Shown in pieces: positions 20,265-29,249 of a DNA stretch of 64,000 nucleotides. The translations under genes were made by a program, and so were the position numbers. Each line of letters opens with the position of its first letter. The first letter of the stretch is position 1. Below the pieces are notes generated by a model. It did no database searches. It saw nothing but the letters and a program-made list of their open reading frames with translations, and was not told the origin of the DNA. The DNA is from Thermodesulfobacteriota bacterium (lineage in GTDB: Bacteria; Desulfobacterota; Anaeroferrophillalia; Anaeroferrophillales; Tharpellaceae), in contig JANTFH010000006.1 in the NCBI GenBank assembly GCA_024763535.1, positions 7,438-71,437 on the forward strand. The letters are read 5' to 3'.

Positions 20265-21677
20265 TCAATCGTCATCTGACTCATCATCATTTCCGTTTAC
20301 GACCCCGAGTTTTTTTATCTGGTAACGCAGGGTGCCGCGGTCCATATTCAGCAGGCGGGCGGTTTTGGCCTTGTTACCACCGGCAACCTTCATCGCCTCT
20401 TCAATCAGATAGCTGGAGAATGACTTGACAAGTTCATTGAAATCGACACCCTGACGGAAATCATACTCCCAGGGCAGGGCCAGGCCGAAACGGTTGCGGT
20501 CACGATTGGCGGAGAAGACCTCCAGGGGCAGATGCTCCTCGGTGATAATCTCTGAATCTTCAAGGATCATGATTCTTTCGACCAGATTCTTCAGCTCCCG
20601 CACATTACCCCGCCACTGGTAGTTCTGCAACAGTTCCAGGGCCCCTTCCGAGATCTCTTTGACATTTTTCTTGAACTTGCGGTTGAAATGGTCGAAGTAA
20701 TATTTCAACAGCAGTTCAATATCCAGACGCCGCTCACGCAGAGGCGGCACGACAATGTTGATCACCTTGATACGATAGTAGAGATCTTCGCGGAATTTAT
20801 TCTCTTCGATCAGTTTTTCCAGCGACTGATTCGTTGCCGAGAGGAAGCGGACATCGATGCAGACATCCTCGACACTGCCCAGGCGGCGAAATTTGCTCTC
20901 CTCTAAAACGCGCAGCAGCTTGGCCTGGAGCGGGGCCTCCATATCCCCGATCTCATCTAGAAAAACGGTGCCGCCGTTACCCTTCTCCAGAAGCCCGAGT
21001 TTACGGCTCTTGGCATCGGTAAAGGCTCCCTTTTCATAACCGAAGAGCTCACTCTCTAAAAGATTTCCCGGGATTGAAGCGCAGTTGATACTGACAAAGG
21101 GCTGGCTGGAACGTTCACTCAGGCTGTGAATCGCCTTGGCAACCAGTTCCTTACCGGTGCCGCTTTCGCCCTGAATCAAAACCGAAACGTCACGGTTTCC
21201 CGCGACTTTGCGAACCATAGCCATGACCCGTTCCATCATCGGATCGACCGAGATAATATCATTGGCTTTGGACTGCTCCTTGATGATATCGCGAACCTCC
21301 CGTTTCAGCTTGCCGGTCTCCAAGGCAAGTTTGACGATCAGCAGGATCTCCTTGGACTTAAAAGGTTTGTTGATATAATCGTAGGCGCCGTACTTCATCG
21401 CTTCAACCGCAGTATCGACTGAACCGTAGGCCGTCATCATGATACAGAGCGGAGCATAATCAACCTGGTCATGGATGTGGCGCATCAGATCAATGCCGCT
21501 GCCGTCGGGAAGCCGCAGATCGATCAGAATAAGGTCGTAAACCTCTTTGGCGATCTGTACCTTGGCATCATCCACCCGGCTCGCCACCTCCACCCGGTGG
21601 CCGGCGCCGGTCAACAGGTGGGTCAGGGATTCACGGATCAGTTTTTCATCATCAATTATAAGTATTCGATTGGACAT
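20265..21677 (-). CDS. Sigma-54-dependent response regulator (NtrC family: REC + AAA+ sigma-54 activator + Fis-type HTH). The true start is MSNRILIIDD, so the ORF-track N-terminal extension is spurious
   Basis: Receiver-domain Asp. GESGTGKE Walker A. GAFTDA sigma-54 contact motif. C-terminal HTH. Confidence 0.9.
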   Translation of the reverse strand: MSNRILIIDDEKLIRESLTHLLTGAGHRVEVASRVDDAKVQIAKEVYDLILIDLRLPDGSGIDLMRHIHDQVDYAPLCIMMTAYGSVDTAVEAMKYGAYDYINKPFKSKEILLIVKLALETGKLKREVRDIIKEQSKANDIISVDPMMERVMAMVRKVAGNRDVSVLIQGESGTGKELVAKAIHSLSERSSQPFVSINCASIPGNLLESELFGYEKGAFTDAKSRKLGLLEKGNGGTVFLDEIGDMEAPLQAKLLRVLEESKFRRLGSVEDVCIDVRFLSATNQSLEKLIEENKFREDLYYRIKVINIVVPPLRERRLDIELLLKYYFDHFNRKFKKNVKEISEGALELLQNYQWRGNVRELKNLVERIMILEDSEIITEEHLPLEVFSANRDRNRFGLALPWEYDFRQGVDFNELVKSFSSYLIEEAMKVAGGNKAKTARLLNMDRGTLRYQIKKLGVVNGNDDESDDD

Positions 21678-23826
21678 CTTCTGCACTCTGATAACGGGGT
21701 TGGGCTTCACCGGCCGGCAGGCCGACGGCGAAGGTAGAGCCCTGGCCGGGTTCACTCTCAACCACAAGGTGACCGCCATGCTCTTTAATTATATTATGAA
21801 CTATCGACAAACCGAGGCCGGTGCCCCGGTTTTTGGTGGTAAAAAAGGGATCGTAAATCTTCTCAACAATCTCCCGCGACATACCCGGCCCGCTGTCAAT
21901 GACTTTAAGCCAGAGCCAGGGCTGTTCCGGCGGGGTTTCTGAATTGACGACAACCGCGAACCCCGCCCCCCGGGCATTACCCAGACTAATCGTAATTTTA
22001 ACCTGCCCCCGGCTCTCCCGAACCGCATCCAGAGCATTCAAGCCCAAATTCACAATCACCTGCTTGAGCTTTTCCGAGTCCCCGTGAACCGCGGGAAGGA
22101 TACGACCTTCCATCTGCAGGAAGGCGTCAACTCCATCCCGCCGGGCCTGTTCCTTAAAAATCGGAAACCAGCCAGCAAGCACTTCCTTAAGATCAACCCA
22201 TGACTTCTCCAACATCCCGGCCCGGGAAAATTCAAGCATTGAAGAGACGATATTTTCAAGCCGGTCTAATTCATCCACTACCCCGCCAATCAATTTACCG
22301 ACCTGAGGCCGATCCGTCAATTCATTACTGATAATATCCAGCGACACATTCATGCCCGTCAGCGGATTCCTGATCTCATGGGCGATCCCGGCCGCCAACT
22401 GGCCGATTGAAGCCAGCCGCCGCATGCGCTCAACCTCAAGATCGGTTTTACGTTTTTCGGTATGATCCTGCACTAGAACCAGAAGCCCGCGATCTCCATC
22501 CGGCGCTACTCCGAGAGAGGTAACGTTGATAAGAAAGATCTTCTCGCCACCGCTCAAGGGGTCACAATTACCGCAGGGGGAGGCGTAGGTTCGGCACATC
22601 TCCAGCTGAGCTGAAGACTGCTGCCGACCGGCGACCTCCGTCAGAGCCCGGCGAAAGGGAGGAGAGTCAAGCAGAGCGAATACACTGCCCCGCCAGTCCG
22701 GCTTGAGAGAGCCGAAGAACTCTTCCGTCATACGATTATGCGAGGTAATCCGCAAGGCGCTGTTCAAGGTAATAATCGCGTTGGGTGAGCTTCTCAGGAT
22801 ACTTTCACGAAAATCACGATCCTCAATCAAGGTTCGATTGAAGATAAAGCGTTCCATCGCCTTATCGGCCTGGACGGCGAAAACCTTCAAGAGATCTATA
22901 TTCAGATTTACCGGCGGTACCAGTTCGCGATAGAGCAGAACCAGAACCCCCTGCTCCCGCTTGCCGATCAACAGAGGCAGGCTTAAAATACCGACCTGCT
23001 GGCTCTCTCCGGCGGCGGATATCTTCGCCACCGGCCGGAACAGAACCTTACCGGTAACCAGTGATTCGTTCAATTGACTCCGGACATCAAAAGAGTGGAA
23101 ATCTTCAGCGGAAGCGGCAAACTCGGAAACCGGTGTCAACTTGTAACCTTGCCCCTCATTCAGCAGCAGCCAACCGGCCTGAGCCCCGCTGAGCTGAACC
23201 CCGCGAGAAACAATCAATTGCTGCAGATCACCCATATGCTTGACATCACTCATCTGCCGCGAGATCTGCTGCAGTTTGAAAAGATCGTTAATCTGCCGTT
23301 GATTATGGGCATTCAAACGTCGAGTTCCGACCCCGATCCCTATCTGGTTGCAGAAGATCTCCAAAATCTCGATATCTTCGTCACTGATCTCCTCCTGCCG
23401 AAAGCTGCGGTCGGCCAGCATCGTCCCGACAACCCCGTGATCGCTCATGACCGGTACCAAAACACAGTTGCTGCGCTTTAAGGCGGCATTCCGACGTTTG
23501 TCAAGCTCGGAAAACAGACCGTCATCGACATCTTTCTGAATACGGATTATCTCACCCAGACGCACAACCCGGGTTTCGACACAGTCGTCTTTTTCCAAGT
23601 CATATTTCAATCCTTTAACACTGACCTGACAACCGACATTAATAACCCCTTCAAGCAGGGTGGTTCCCTCCCGCAACAGATAGAGAGCCACCCGGTCATA
23701 GCTTAAAGCCACGCTGACGGTCTCCAGGATGGTGCGGGCCAGCTCCTCCCAGCTCATCCCGGTCATAGTCAGACGGCTGATCTGGTGCAGGGCGGTTAAA
23801 ACCTGTTTTGTGTCTTTATAGATCAT
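21652..23826 (-). CDS. Sensor histidine kinase with GAF and PAS sensory domains; 26-nt overlap with its cognate NtrC-type regulator
   Basis: 724 aa. H-box HEIRNPLTGM. HATPase_c motifs (GLGLSIV). Confidence 0.85.
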   Translation of the reverse strand: MIYKDTKQVLTALHQISRLTMTGMSWEELARTILETVSVALSYDRVALYLLREGTTLLEGVINVGCQVSVKGLKYDLEKDDCVETRVVRLGEIIRIQKDVDDGLFSELDKRRNAALKRSNCVLVPVMSDHGVVGTMLADRSFRQEEISDEDIEILEIFCNQIGIGVGTRRLNAHNQRQINDLFKLQQISRQMSDVKHMGDLQQLIVSRGVQLSGAQAGWLLLNEGQGYKLTPVSEFAASAEDFHSFDVRSQLNESLVTGKVLFRPVAKISAAGESQQVGILSLPLLIGKREQGVLVLLYRELVPPVNLNIDLLKVFAVQADKAMERFIFNRTLIEDRDFRESILRSSPNAIITLNSALRITSHNRMTEEFFGSLKPDWRGSVFALLDSPPFRRALTEVAGRQQSSAQLEMCRTYASPCGNCDPLSGGEKIFLINVTSLGVAPDGDRGLLVLVQDHTEKRKTDLEVERMRRLASIGQLAAGIAHEIRNPLTGMNVSLDIISNELTDRPQVGKLIGGVVDELDRLENIVSSMLEFSRAGMLEKSWVDLKEVLAGWFPIFKEQARRDGVDAFLQMEGRILPAVHGDSEKLKQVIVNLGLNALDAVRESRGQVKITISLGNARGAGFAVVVNSETPPEQPWLWLKVIDSGPGMSREIVEKIYDPFFTTKNRGTGLGLSIVHNIIKEHGGHLVVESEPGQGSTFAVGLPAGEAQPRYQSAEDVQSNTYN

Positions 23827-23940
23827 GGATACAACTTCAATTTCAGCTCATTTCAGTATGATTTAATCCGTGTCGGGCTAAATATAGCCTTTGCCGACAA
23901 AAAACAAGGCAATTTATCAAGATACCCTCAATTAAAATAA

Positions 23941-23975
23941 AAAGGGACGACCGTTAACCGGGCCGTCCCTTTTAT
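23941..23975 (-). terminator. Rho-independent terminator downstream of the cytochrome c3 gene
   Basis: GGGACG...CGTCCC hairpin followed by a U-run on the minus strand. Confidence 0.55.
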
Positions 23976-24003
23976 GGACTTATGCGTACCTGTAAAAATT
24001 TAA

Positions 24004-24360
24004 CTATTTTTTATGACAAGCTTTACATTTGGTCGGAGCTTTCTTGTTGCCTGATTTTTTATGGCAGCCTTTACACTGTTTATGAGCTGCGTCCTTGAAC
24101 TTCGGAGTTTTGCCATCTTTTTTCTCTTTATGGCAACTGTCACATTTCTGCGGCTCACCCTCACCCTTAAATTTGTGATGACAGGTCTTACAATCACTGA
24201 TTTTAGCCTCTTCCATATGAAGTTTATGGCTGAAATTTACGGCTGCTTTTTTGGCACCTTTCATGCTTATGTCGCCAGCCGGTGCGGCCGGATTACAGAA
24301 AGCAACTGACGCTACGGCCAGAAAGGCCACCATTGCTACTAACATAACTACTTTTTTCAT
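24004..24360 (-). CDS. Periplasmic tetraheme cytochrome c3 (class III cytochrome c)
   Basis: 118 aa. Signal peptide. Four CxxCH motifs (CKTCH, CDSCH, CKGCH, CKACH). Lys-rich and small, like Desulfovibrio-type c3. Confidence 0.8.
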   Translation of the reverse strand: MKKVVMLVAMVAFLAVASVAFCNPAAPAGDISMKGAKKAAVNFSHKLHMEEAKISDCKTCHHKFKGEGEPQKCDSCHKEKKDGKTPKFKDAAHKQCKGCHKKSGNKKAPTKCKACHKK

Positions 24361-24388
24361 AACTTTTTCTCCATTTCACCTTTTTTTA

Positions 24389-24397
24389 ATTATACCA
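24389..24397 (-). promoter_or_regulatory. Extended -10 element TGGTATAAT about 30 nt upstream of the cytochrome c3 start codon
   Basis: Read on the minus strand: TGGTATAAT, then GGAG SD, then ATG. Confidence 0.35.
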
Positions 24398-24642
24398 GAA
24401 AAAAGAATTGCCAAAACCGAATGGCAGCTCCGTATACAAAATAACCGGCCCCGTTGTCAAGTCATTATCTGAAGAATTTAAGACGCTTATATAAACCATA
24501 TTAATCTTGAATCAGGAAGGAAATGAGTGTTGGGAAACCAGAGATCTTAACGCCTGGCGGAGAAAAACCGCACCCGGTCCCGAATTTACTGTCAGGCTGA
24601 ATTGTTACAAAACTATTTACAAACACGACCGAATTTTTGAGA

Positions 24643-25458
24643 TTACGCCGACAGGGAGGCGCCGCAGTGTTTACAAAATTCAGCATCGCTGTCATGACTG
24701 TCAAGACCGCAGCCGGGACAGGTGTGTTTGCCTGTTCTTTTTTTCAGACGTTGAGTGAATTCGGCAGTAACGATCCCGGTCGGAACCGCAATAATACTGT
24801 AACCGACAACCATAACCAGGGCCGCCAGGGTCTGACCGAAAGCGGTTTTAGGAGAAATATCACCATAACCAACCGTCGTCATGGTGACAATCGCCCAGTA
24901 GACGCTTTTGGGAATACTGGTAAAACCGTTGGCCTCACCTTCGATGATATAGATAAGTGAGCCGAAAATGATCACCAGACACAAGACCGTAAACAGAAAA
25001 ACCGTTATCTTGTGTATACTGGCCTTAAGCGACTTAAGCAGCAGGTTGGCTTCACCAACGAACTGGACCAGTTTCAAAACCCGAAAAATCCGTAAAACCC
25101 TGAGAATCCGAACAACCAGAAAGATCTCCGCCCCCGGCACCAGCAGGCTCAGATAGGTCGGTAAAACCGCCAGCAGATCAATGATGCCGAGAAAACTGAC
25201 GGCATAGCGCCAGGGCCGCTCGACACAGCTTAAGCGCAACAGATATTCGACCGTAAACAGGATAGTAAAAATCCATTCCAGAAGGAAAAGCTGGTACCCG
25301 TAAGCAGCATTGATCGCGGCCACACTGTCGAGCATCACGACGATGATACTCAAAAAAATGCTGGCAATCAGCAGCACATCGAAGGTTTTACCCGCCGGTG
25401 TTTCCGTCCCGAAGATAATTTCATGTATCCGGGAACGCCAGTCTTCGATTCTATTCAT
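24643..25458 (-). CDS. Voltage-gated K+ channel (6TM, Kv/KvAP-like) with C-terminal zinc-ribbon tail
   Basis: S4 segment RILRVLRIFRVLK, with R at every third residue. Selectivity filter TVGYGD. C-terminal CPGCG...CKHCG. Confidence 0.8.
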   Translation of the reverse strand: MNRIEDWRSRIHEIIFGTETPAGKTFDVLLIASIFLSIIVVMLDSVAAINAAYGYQLFLLEWIFTILFTVEYLLRLSCVERPWRYAVSFLGIIDLLAVLPTYLSLLVPGAEIFLVVRILRVLRIFRVLKLVQFVGEANLLLKSLKASIHKITVFLFTVLCLVIIFGSLIYIIEGEANGFTSIPKSVYWAIVTMTTVGYGDISPKTAFGQTLAALVMVVGYSIIAVPTGIVTAEFTQRLKKRTGKHTCPGCGLDSHDSDAEFCKHCGASLSA

Positions 25459-25529
25459 ATCGATTTACCCTGTCCGGACTATCTCGAATCAGGCCAGCCG
25501 GGCCACCCTGAAACGATGACAATTTTCCA

Positions 25530-26042
25530 CTACATGGGCACGAAATTATTGGCCTGCCAGTAATCTTCCTTAAGACTTTCAAGCTCCTGAGCAAAGCCGT
25601 CATAATGGCCCTGCTCCCATTTGACCAGGTGGTTGAAAAAAGCCTTTACTTCAGGGTTGTCGGACTCTTCGGCACATTGACGATAGAAATTTACGGCGTT
25701 AAGCTCAAGCTGCATGCCGACGCTCAAAGCACTGACTTCAAAATGACTCTGCTTGATACGAGCCTTAAGCTGAGGGCTGAAAATCGGACCGCCGATCTCA
25801 GCTGTGGAGTCCGCCGCCAGAGGGGTGGAAAAATCGAATCCGCCGGTCGCCAAAACACTGCCATACTGTTTCCGCAGGTAGTTAAAATGGAGCATCTCCT
25901 CTTCCGCCAGTCGTTTGAAGGTGGCTTTCCCCTGCGGGTCTTCCGTAGTTAGCGCCGCGTTGTTGTAAAAATGGTAACCGGTCATCTCGGCCTCCATGGC
26001 TGTCTTTAAGGCGGCTAAAATCTTCTCATTGGCATTAGTCAT
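25530..26042 (-). CDS. Ferritin-like / rubrerythrin-family diiron protein (no rubredoxin domain)
   Basis: 170 aa. Two ExxH pairs: EEEMLHF and KWEQGHYDGF. Confidence 0.6.
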   Translation of the reverse strand: MTNANEKILAALKTAMEAEMTGYHFYNNAALTTEDPQGKATFKRLAEEEMLHFNYLRKQYGSVLATGGFDFSTPLAADSTAEIGGPIFSPQLKARIKQSHFEVSALSVGMQLELNAVNFYRQCAEESDNPEVKAFFNHLVKWEQGHYDGFAQELESLKEDYWQANNFVPM

Positions 26043-26169
26043 AATAAAACTCCTTTAGTATCTTATACGGTTATTGCTTCATTTACATCCTGCATCCAAT
26101 TGATTGTTGCCTGGGGATAGCTTGAAAGCTTGCTTTTCCCCAGATACCTCGATTAGTTTGCAGCGTGAG

Positions 26170-26204
26170 CCATTAAACAAGATTTTTTTTATCTTGATTA
26201 ATGG
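26170..26204. promoter_or_regulatory. Imperfect palindrome in a divergent promoter region: CCATTAAACAAGAT - T7 - ATCTTGATTAATGG (14-bp arms, one mismatch)
   Basis: Seen directly; lies between the divergent rubrerythrin-like and mgtC genes. Confidence 0.3.
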
Positions 26205-26320
26205 CTTTTGTCAACAGATATTATTACTGCTGATTAAACGTAAAGAGGAAACGAAATTTAAAACGATCTATTTGCCAGATGACTTACGATCTGTTATTCT
26301 AGTTTGGCTGGAGGTTCAAC

Positions 26321-27010
26321 ATGGAATATATCTGTAACATAATCGGCAATGACTGGGTTTTTGTGGCCCGCCTGCTGCTGGCCATGCTCCTCGGCGGTCT
26401 GGTAGGTATCGAGCGCCAGGCCCGGGGCCGGTCCGCCGGTCTGCGCACCAACATTCTGGTCTGTCTGGGGTCGGCGGCAATCATCGTCGCCTTCCAGAGA
26501 CTCTCGCTGGAGTTGAATGTCGATGTAAAATCAGCTATCCGTATGGATCCGGCCCGGGCCGCGGCCGGGGTGATTACCGGCATCGGTTTTCTCGGGGCCG
26601 GCACCATCGTCAAAAGCAAGGATTTCGTCCGGGGTCTGACCACGGCGGCCTCAATCTGGGTGGTTTCAGCTATCGGAGTGACCGTGGGTCTGGGCGAATA
26701 CGTCATCTCCATCTCCCTGACCCTGCTCGTGCTTCTGGCCCTCTACGCCCTGCACTATCTCCAGATTAAAGCCGACCGCTACTTCACGCTGCATCTCAAA
26801 TGGCACGGCGATCTTAATCTGCTTGATGAAATCATAGAACAACTCAGCGGTGAACAAGTCAAGATCAGAAGCCGCTCAATTATGCACCAGCCCAACTCCG
26901 GCAAATGCCAGGCGACCCTGGGCCTGAGTCTGCGGCAAAAAGGAAATGACTACCCGCTGGTCAAATCCCTGCAGAAAGACCAGCGTTTTGATGAGGTCTC
27001 ATGGAGTTAA
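26321..27010 (+). CDS. mgtC: MgtC/SapB-family membrane protein
   Basis: 229 aa. N-terminal MgtC-family TM domain (LLLAMLLGGLVGIERQ...). C-terminal soluble domain. Confidence 0.8.
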   Translation: MEYICNIIGNDWVFVARLLLAMLLGGLVGIERQARGRSAGLRTNILVCLGSAAIIVAFQRLSLELNVDVKSAIRMDPARAAAGVITGIGFLGAGTIVKSKDFVRGLTTAASIWVVSAIGVTVGLGEYVISISLTLLVLLALYALHYLQIKADRYFTLHLKWHGDLNLLDEIIEQLSGEQVKIRSRSIMHQPNSGKCQATLGLSLRQKGNDYPLVKSLQKDQRFDEVSWS

Positions 27011-27483
27011 AGAGTAAAAAAATGCCCCCACTACGCCGTCACGACCGGGCCCTGCCGGAAGATATCGCCAAAAAGTTATTGAAACGGGCGGAATATGGTG
27101 TATTATCAACCGTCTCCGCTGATGGAGCACCTTACGGTGTACCTTTGAATTTCTGCGTCTTAGATAACCGCATCTATTTTCACAGCGCCGCCAGCGGCCA
27201 TAAAATCGACAACTTAACCAAAAATCAAGCGGTATCATTTTGCGTTGTCGGCAACACCGAGGTGTTAGCGGAAAAATTCAGCACCAGATATGAGAGTGTT
27301 GTAGTCTTCGGTCAGGTCAATGAAGTTTTTGAACCTGAACGCCGGAGAGCTTTGGAAGGGCTGCTACATAAATACTCGGCGGCATTCATCGAAAAAGGCC
27401 GGGAATATATAAAAAACAGTAAAGAGTCGCCCCGGGTTTTTGCGATTACCTGCAAAAGTATCACCGGCAAAGCCCGTCGATAA
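27001..27483 (+). CDS. Pyridoxamine-5'-phosphate-oxidase-like FMN-binding split-barrel protein (NimA/flavin-reductase-like)
   Basis: 160 aa. Split-barrel pattern. Overlaps the mgtC stop by 10 nt (ATGGAGTTAA). Confidence 0.65.
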   Translation: MELKSKKMPPLRRHDRALPEDIAKKLLKRAEYGVLSTVSADGAPYGVPLNFCVLDNRIYFHSAASGHKIDNLTKNQAVSFCVVGNTEVLAEKFSTRYESVVVFGQVNEVFEPERRRALEGLLHKYSAAFIEKGREYIKNSKESPRVFAITCKSITGKARR

Positions 27484-27502
27484 CCTTAGAGGAGTTTATA
27501 AA

Positions 27503-27721
27503 ATGAGTGATCAGGCTACGGTTTTTGAACCCTACCCCTTCCGGGTGGGAGAGAGAATTTTAAGACGCCGTCAGGGAAAACTTGAGGACTGGGACGTAAT
27601 TGCCGTAACCGACAAAGAGGTTACGGTTAAATGTCCGTTTCACGGCATGGAGTTGACCTGGAAAAGGAGCAGCTTCTGGTACGGCGGAGAGACGGCGGCA
27701 GCGGCCGACTCTAAAGCTTAA
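27503..27721 (+). CDS. Small hypothetical protein (72 aa)
   Basis: ATG at 27503 (MSDQATVFEPYPF...) lies inside the tracked ORF 27440-27721. No recognisable domain. Confidence 0.35.
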   Translation: MSDQATVFEPYPFRVGERILRRRQGKLEDWDVIAVTDKEVTVKCPFHGMELTWKRSSFWYGGETAAAADSKA

Positions 27722-27723
27722 GT

Positions 27724-28473
27724 TTAAGGCTTGCGGGGTTTATCGATAAGGCTCATGATCCCCCGGATTATCCTTACCTCCCGGGAACTCATGGCGGCCC
27801 GGCCGAAAAGCCGACGCAGATATTCAAGCAGATGATCGGGATTGCTCTTATCCAGAAAATCGGCCTCTTCAAGGGTTGAACGCATATGCGCGTACATCCC
27901 CTGCAGTTCGGCATGAGATGCCAGATCGCCGCCGGTTTTACCGGAGTTGTTACTTTCGCTCACCCGGTTGGCAGGTTTGAACCGGCTTAGCTCATAACCG
28001 TACAACAGTACCGACTGCGCCAGATTCAGCGAGGAAAATTCCGGATTCACCGGAATTGAAGAGAGAATATGGCTATGCCGGCGCTGCTGTCGGCCGAGCC
28101 CGAAATCTTCCCGCCCGAACATGATAGCCACCGGCACCCCGACTCCCAGATCGGCGATTTTCGCGGCAGTCTGCGCCGGTGTATAGACCGGTTTGCAGTA
28201 TTTCCCCAGTCGTGCCGTGGTTCCCACCACCAGCTTAAAATCGGCCAGAGCTTCATCCAAGTCAGAAAAAACTTCGGCTCTCTCCAGAAGATCATCGGCA
28301 CCGCAGCTCAAAGCCCGGGCTTTGTCGGAGAGATGATCACAACCGGGTGAGATCAAAAGCAGCCGCCCTAAAGCAAAATTCTTCATCGCCCGGGCCACGG
28401 CCCCGACGTTTAAATCAAGTTTCGGCTCGACCAGAACAATCGCCAGTTCAGACCAGCTCTGCTTTATTGACAT
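27724..28473 (-). CDS. SpoU/TrmH-family RNA 2'-O-methyltransferase (TrmJ-like)
   Basis: 249 aa. SPOUT motifs (IVLVEP..NVGAVARAMKNF). C-terminal extension like TrmJ. Confidence 0.8.
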   Translation of the reverse strand: MSIKQSWSELAIVLVEPKLDLNVGAVARAMKNFALGRLLLISPGCDHLSDKARALSCGADDLLERAEVFSDLDEALADFKLVVGTTARLGKYCKPVYTPAQTAAKIADLGVGVPVAIMFGREDFGLGRQQRRHSHILSSIPVNPEFSSLNLAQSVLLYGYELSRFKPANRVSESNNSGKTGGDLASHAELQGMYAHMRSTLEEADFLDKSNPDHLLEYLRRLFGRAAMSSREVRIIRGIMSLIDKPRKP

Positions 28474-29210
28474 GCCCGACTCCGGTTAATTTCAAACAGG
28501 GTAACGGCGGCGGCAATCCCGACATTCAAGGATTCACTCTCAGCCGCCAGGGGAATGGTCAGCAGATGATCGCAATGTCTGGCAACCAGAGGCCGCAGGC
28601 CTTTATCCTCCGACCCCAAAACCAGAACCACGGCTGCCGGCCATTCGACCTGATATAGATTTTCCCCGCCGGCGGCTACAGCCCCGTAAATCCAGAAACC
28701 ACTCTCCTGACAACGGCGCAGAGCCTCGGACAGATTAACCACCCGGCTGATCGGCATATTCTCCAGGGCGCCGGCCGCGGTTTTAGCCACGGCTGCCGTA
28801 ATTGCCGCACTACGCCGCTCCGGCAGCAGCAGGCCCACAACTCCGGCCGCCGCCGCTGTCCGGATAATCGCCCCGAGATTACGAGGATCGGTAATCCCGT
28901 CAAGCGCCACTAACACCGGAGTTGAGGTTGTCTGAAAAACGGAAGCAAGCAGCTCTTTCAAAGGTGTAAAGACAAAGGGTGTGACCTTGGCGGCCACACC
29001 CTGATGTCGAATCCCGTCCGCCAGCCTGTCCAAAGCTGCCGCCGGAACAATTTTAACCTTGATTTTCGTCTGCGACAGATACTCGCTCAGCCCTTTTAGG
29101 CGACGGCTGCCGCTGTCAACGAGATAGATCTCCTGAATCCGATCCGGCTGCCGCCGGAACAGTTCTTCCACCGCGTTGATGCCGCAGATAAGCTCTTCAT
29201 CACGCCCCAT
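28464..29210 (-). CDS. rlmB: 23S rRNA (guanosine-2'-O)-methyltransferase RlmB
   Basis: 248 aa. N-terminal SpoU_sub_bind-like region (ICGINAVEEL). SPOUT catalytic domain. Overlaps the downstream TrmJ-like gene by 10 nt. Confidence 0.8.
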   Translation of the reverse strand: MGRDEELICGINAVEELFRRQPDRIQEIYLVDSGSRRLKGLSEYLSQTKIKVKIVPAAALDRLADGIRHQGVAAKVTPFVFTPLKELLASVFQTTSTPVLVALDGITDPRNLGAIIRTAAAAGVVGLLLPERRSAAITAAVAKTAAGALENMPISRVVNLSEALRRCQESGFWIYGAVAAGGENLYQVEWPAAVVLVLGSEDKGLRPLVARHCDHLLTIPLAAESESLNVGIAAAVTLFEINRSRACQ

Positions 29211-29249
29211 CTAAGCACCCGCTAAATCAGCTGAAATCAGCCGCAATTA

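Noticed and set aside
20265-21779. N-terminal extensions in the ORF track (RR 21678-21779, PMM 31463-31612, PurC 45830-45958, secreted protein 63343-63393, hbd 33393-33407)
   Set aside because: The extensions lack SDs and overlap a tRNA or upstream genes. Internal ATGs with an SD and family-typical N-termini were used instead.
24361-24640. Possible sigma-54 promoter upstream of cytochrome c3 (TTGCC...TGGCA)
   Set aside because: The elements occur in the wrong order and spacing for TGGCAC-N5-TTGC on either strand. A sigma-70 extended -10 explains the region.
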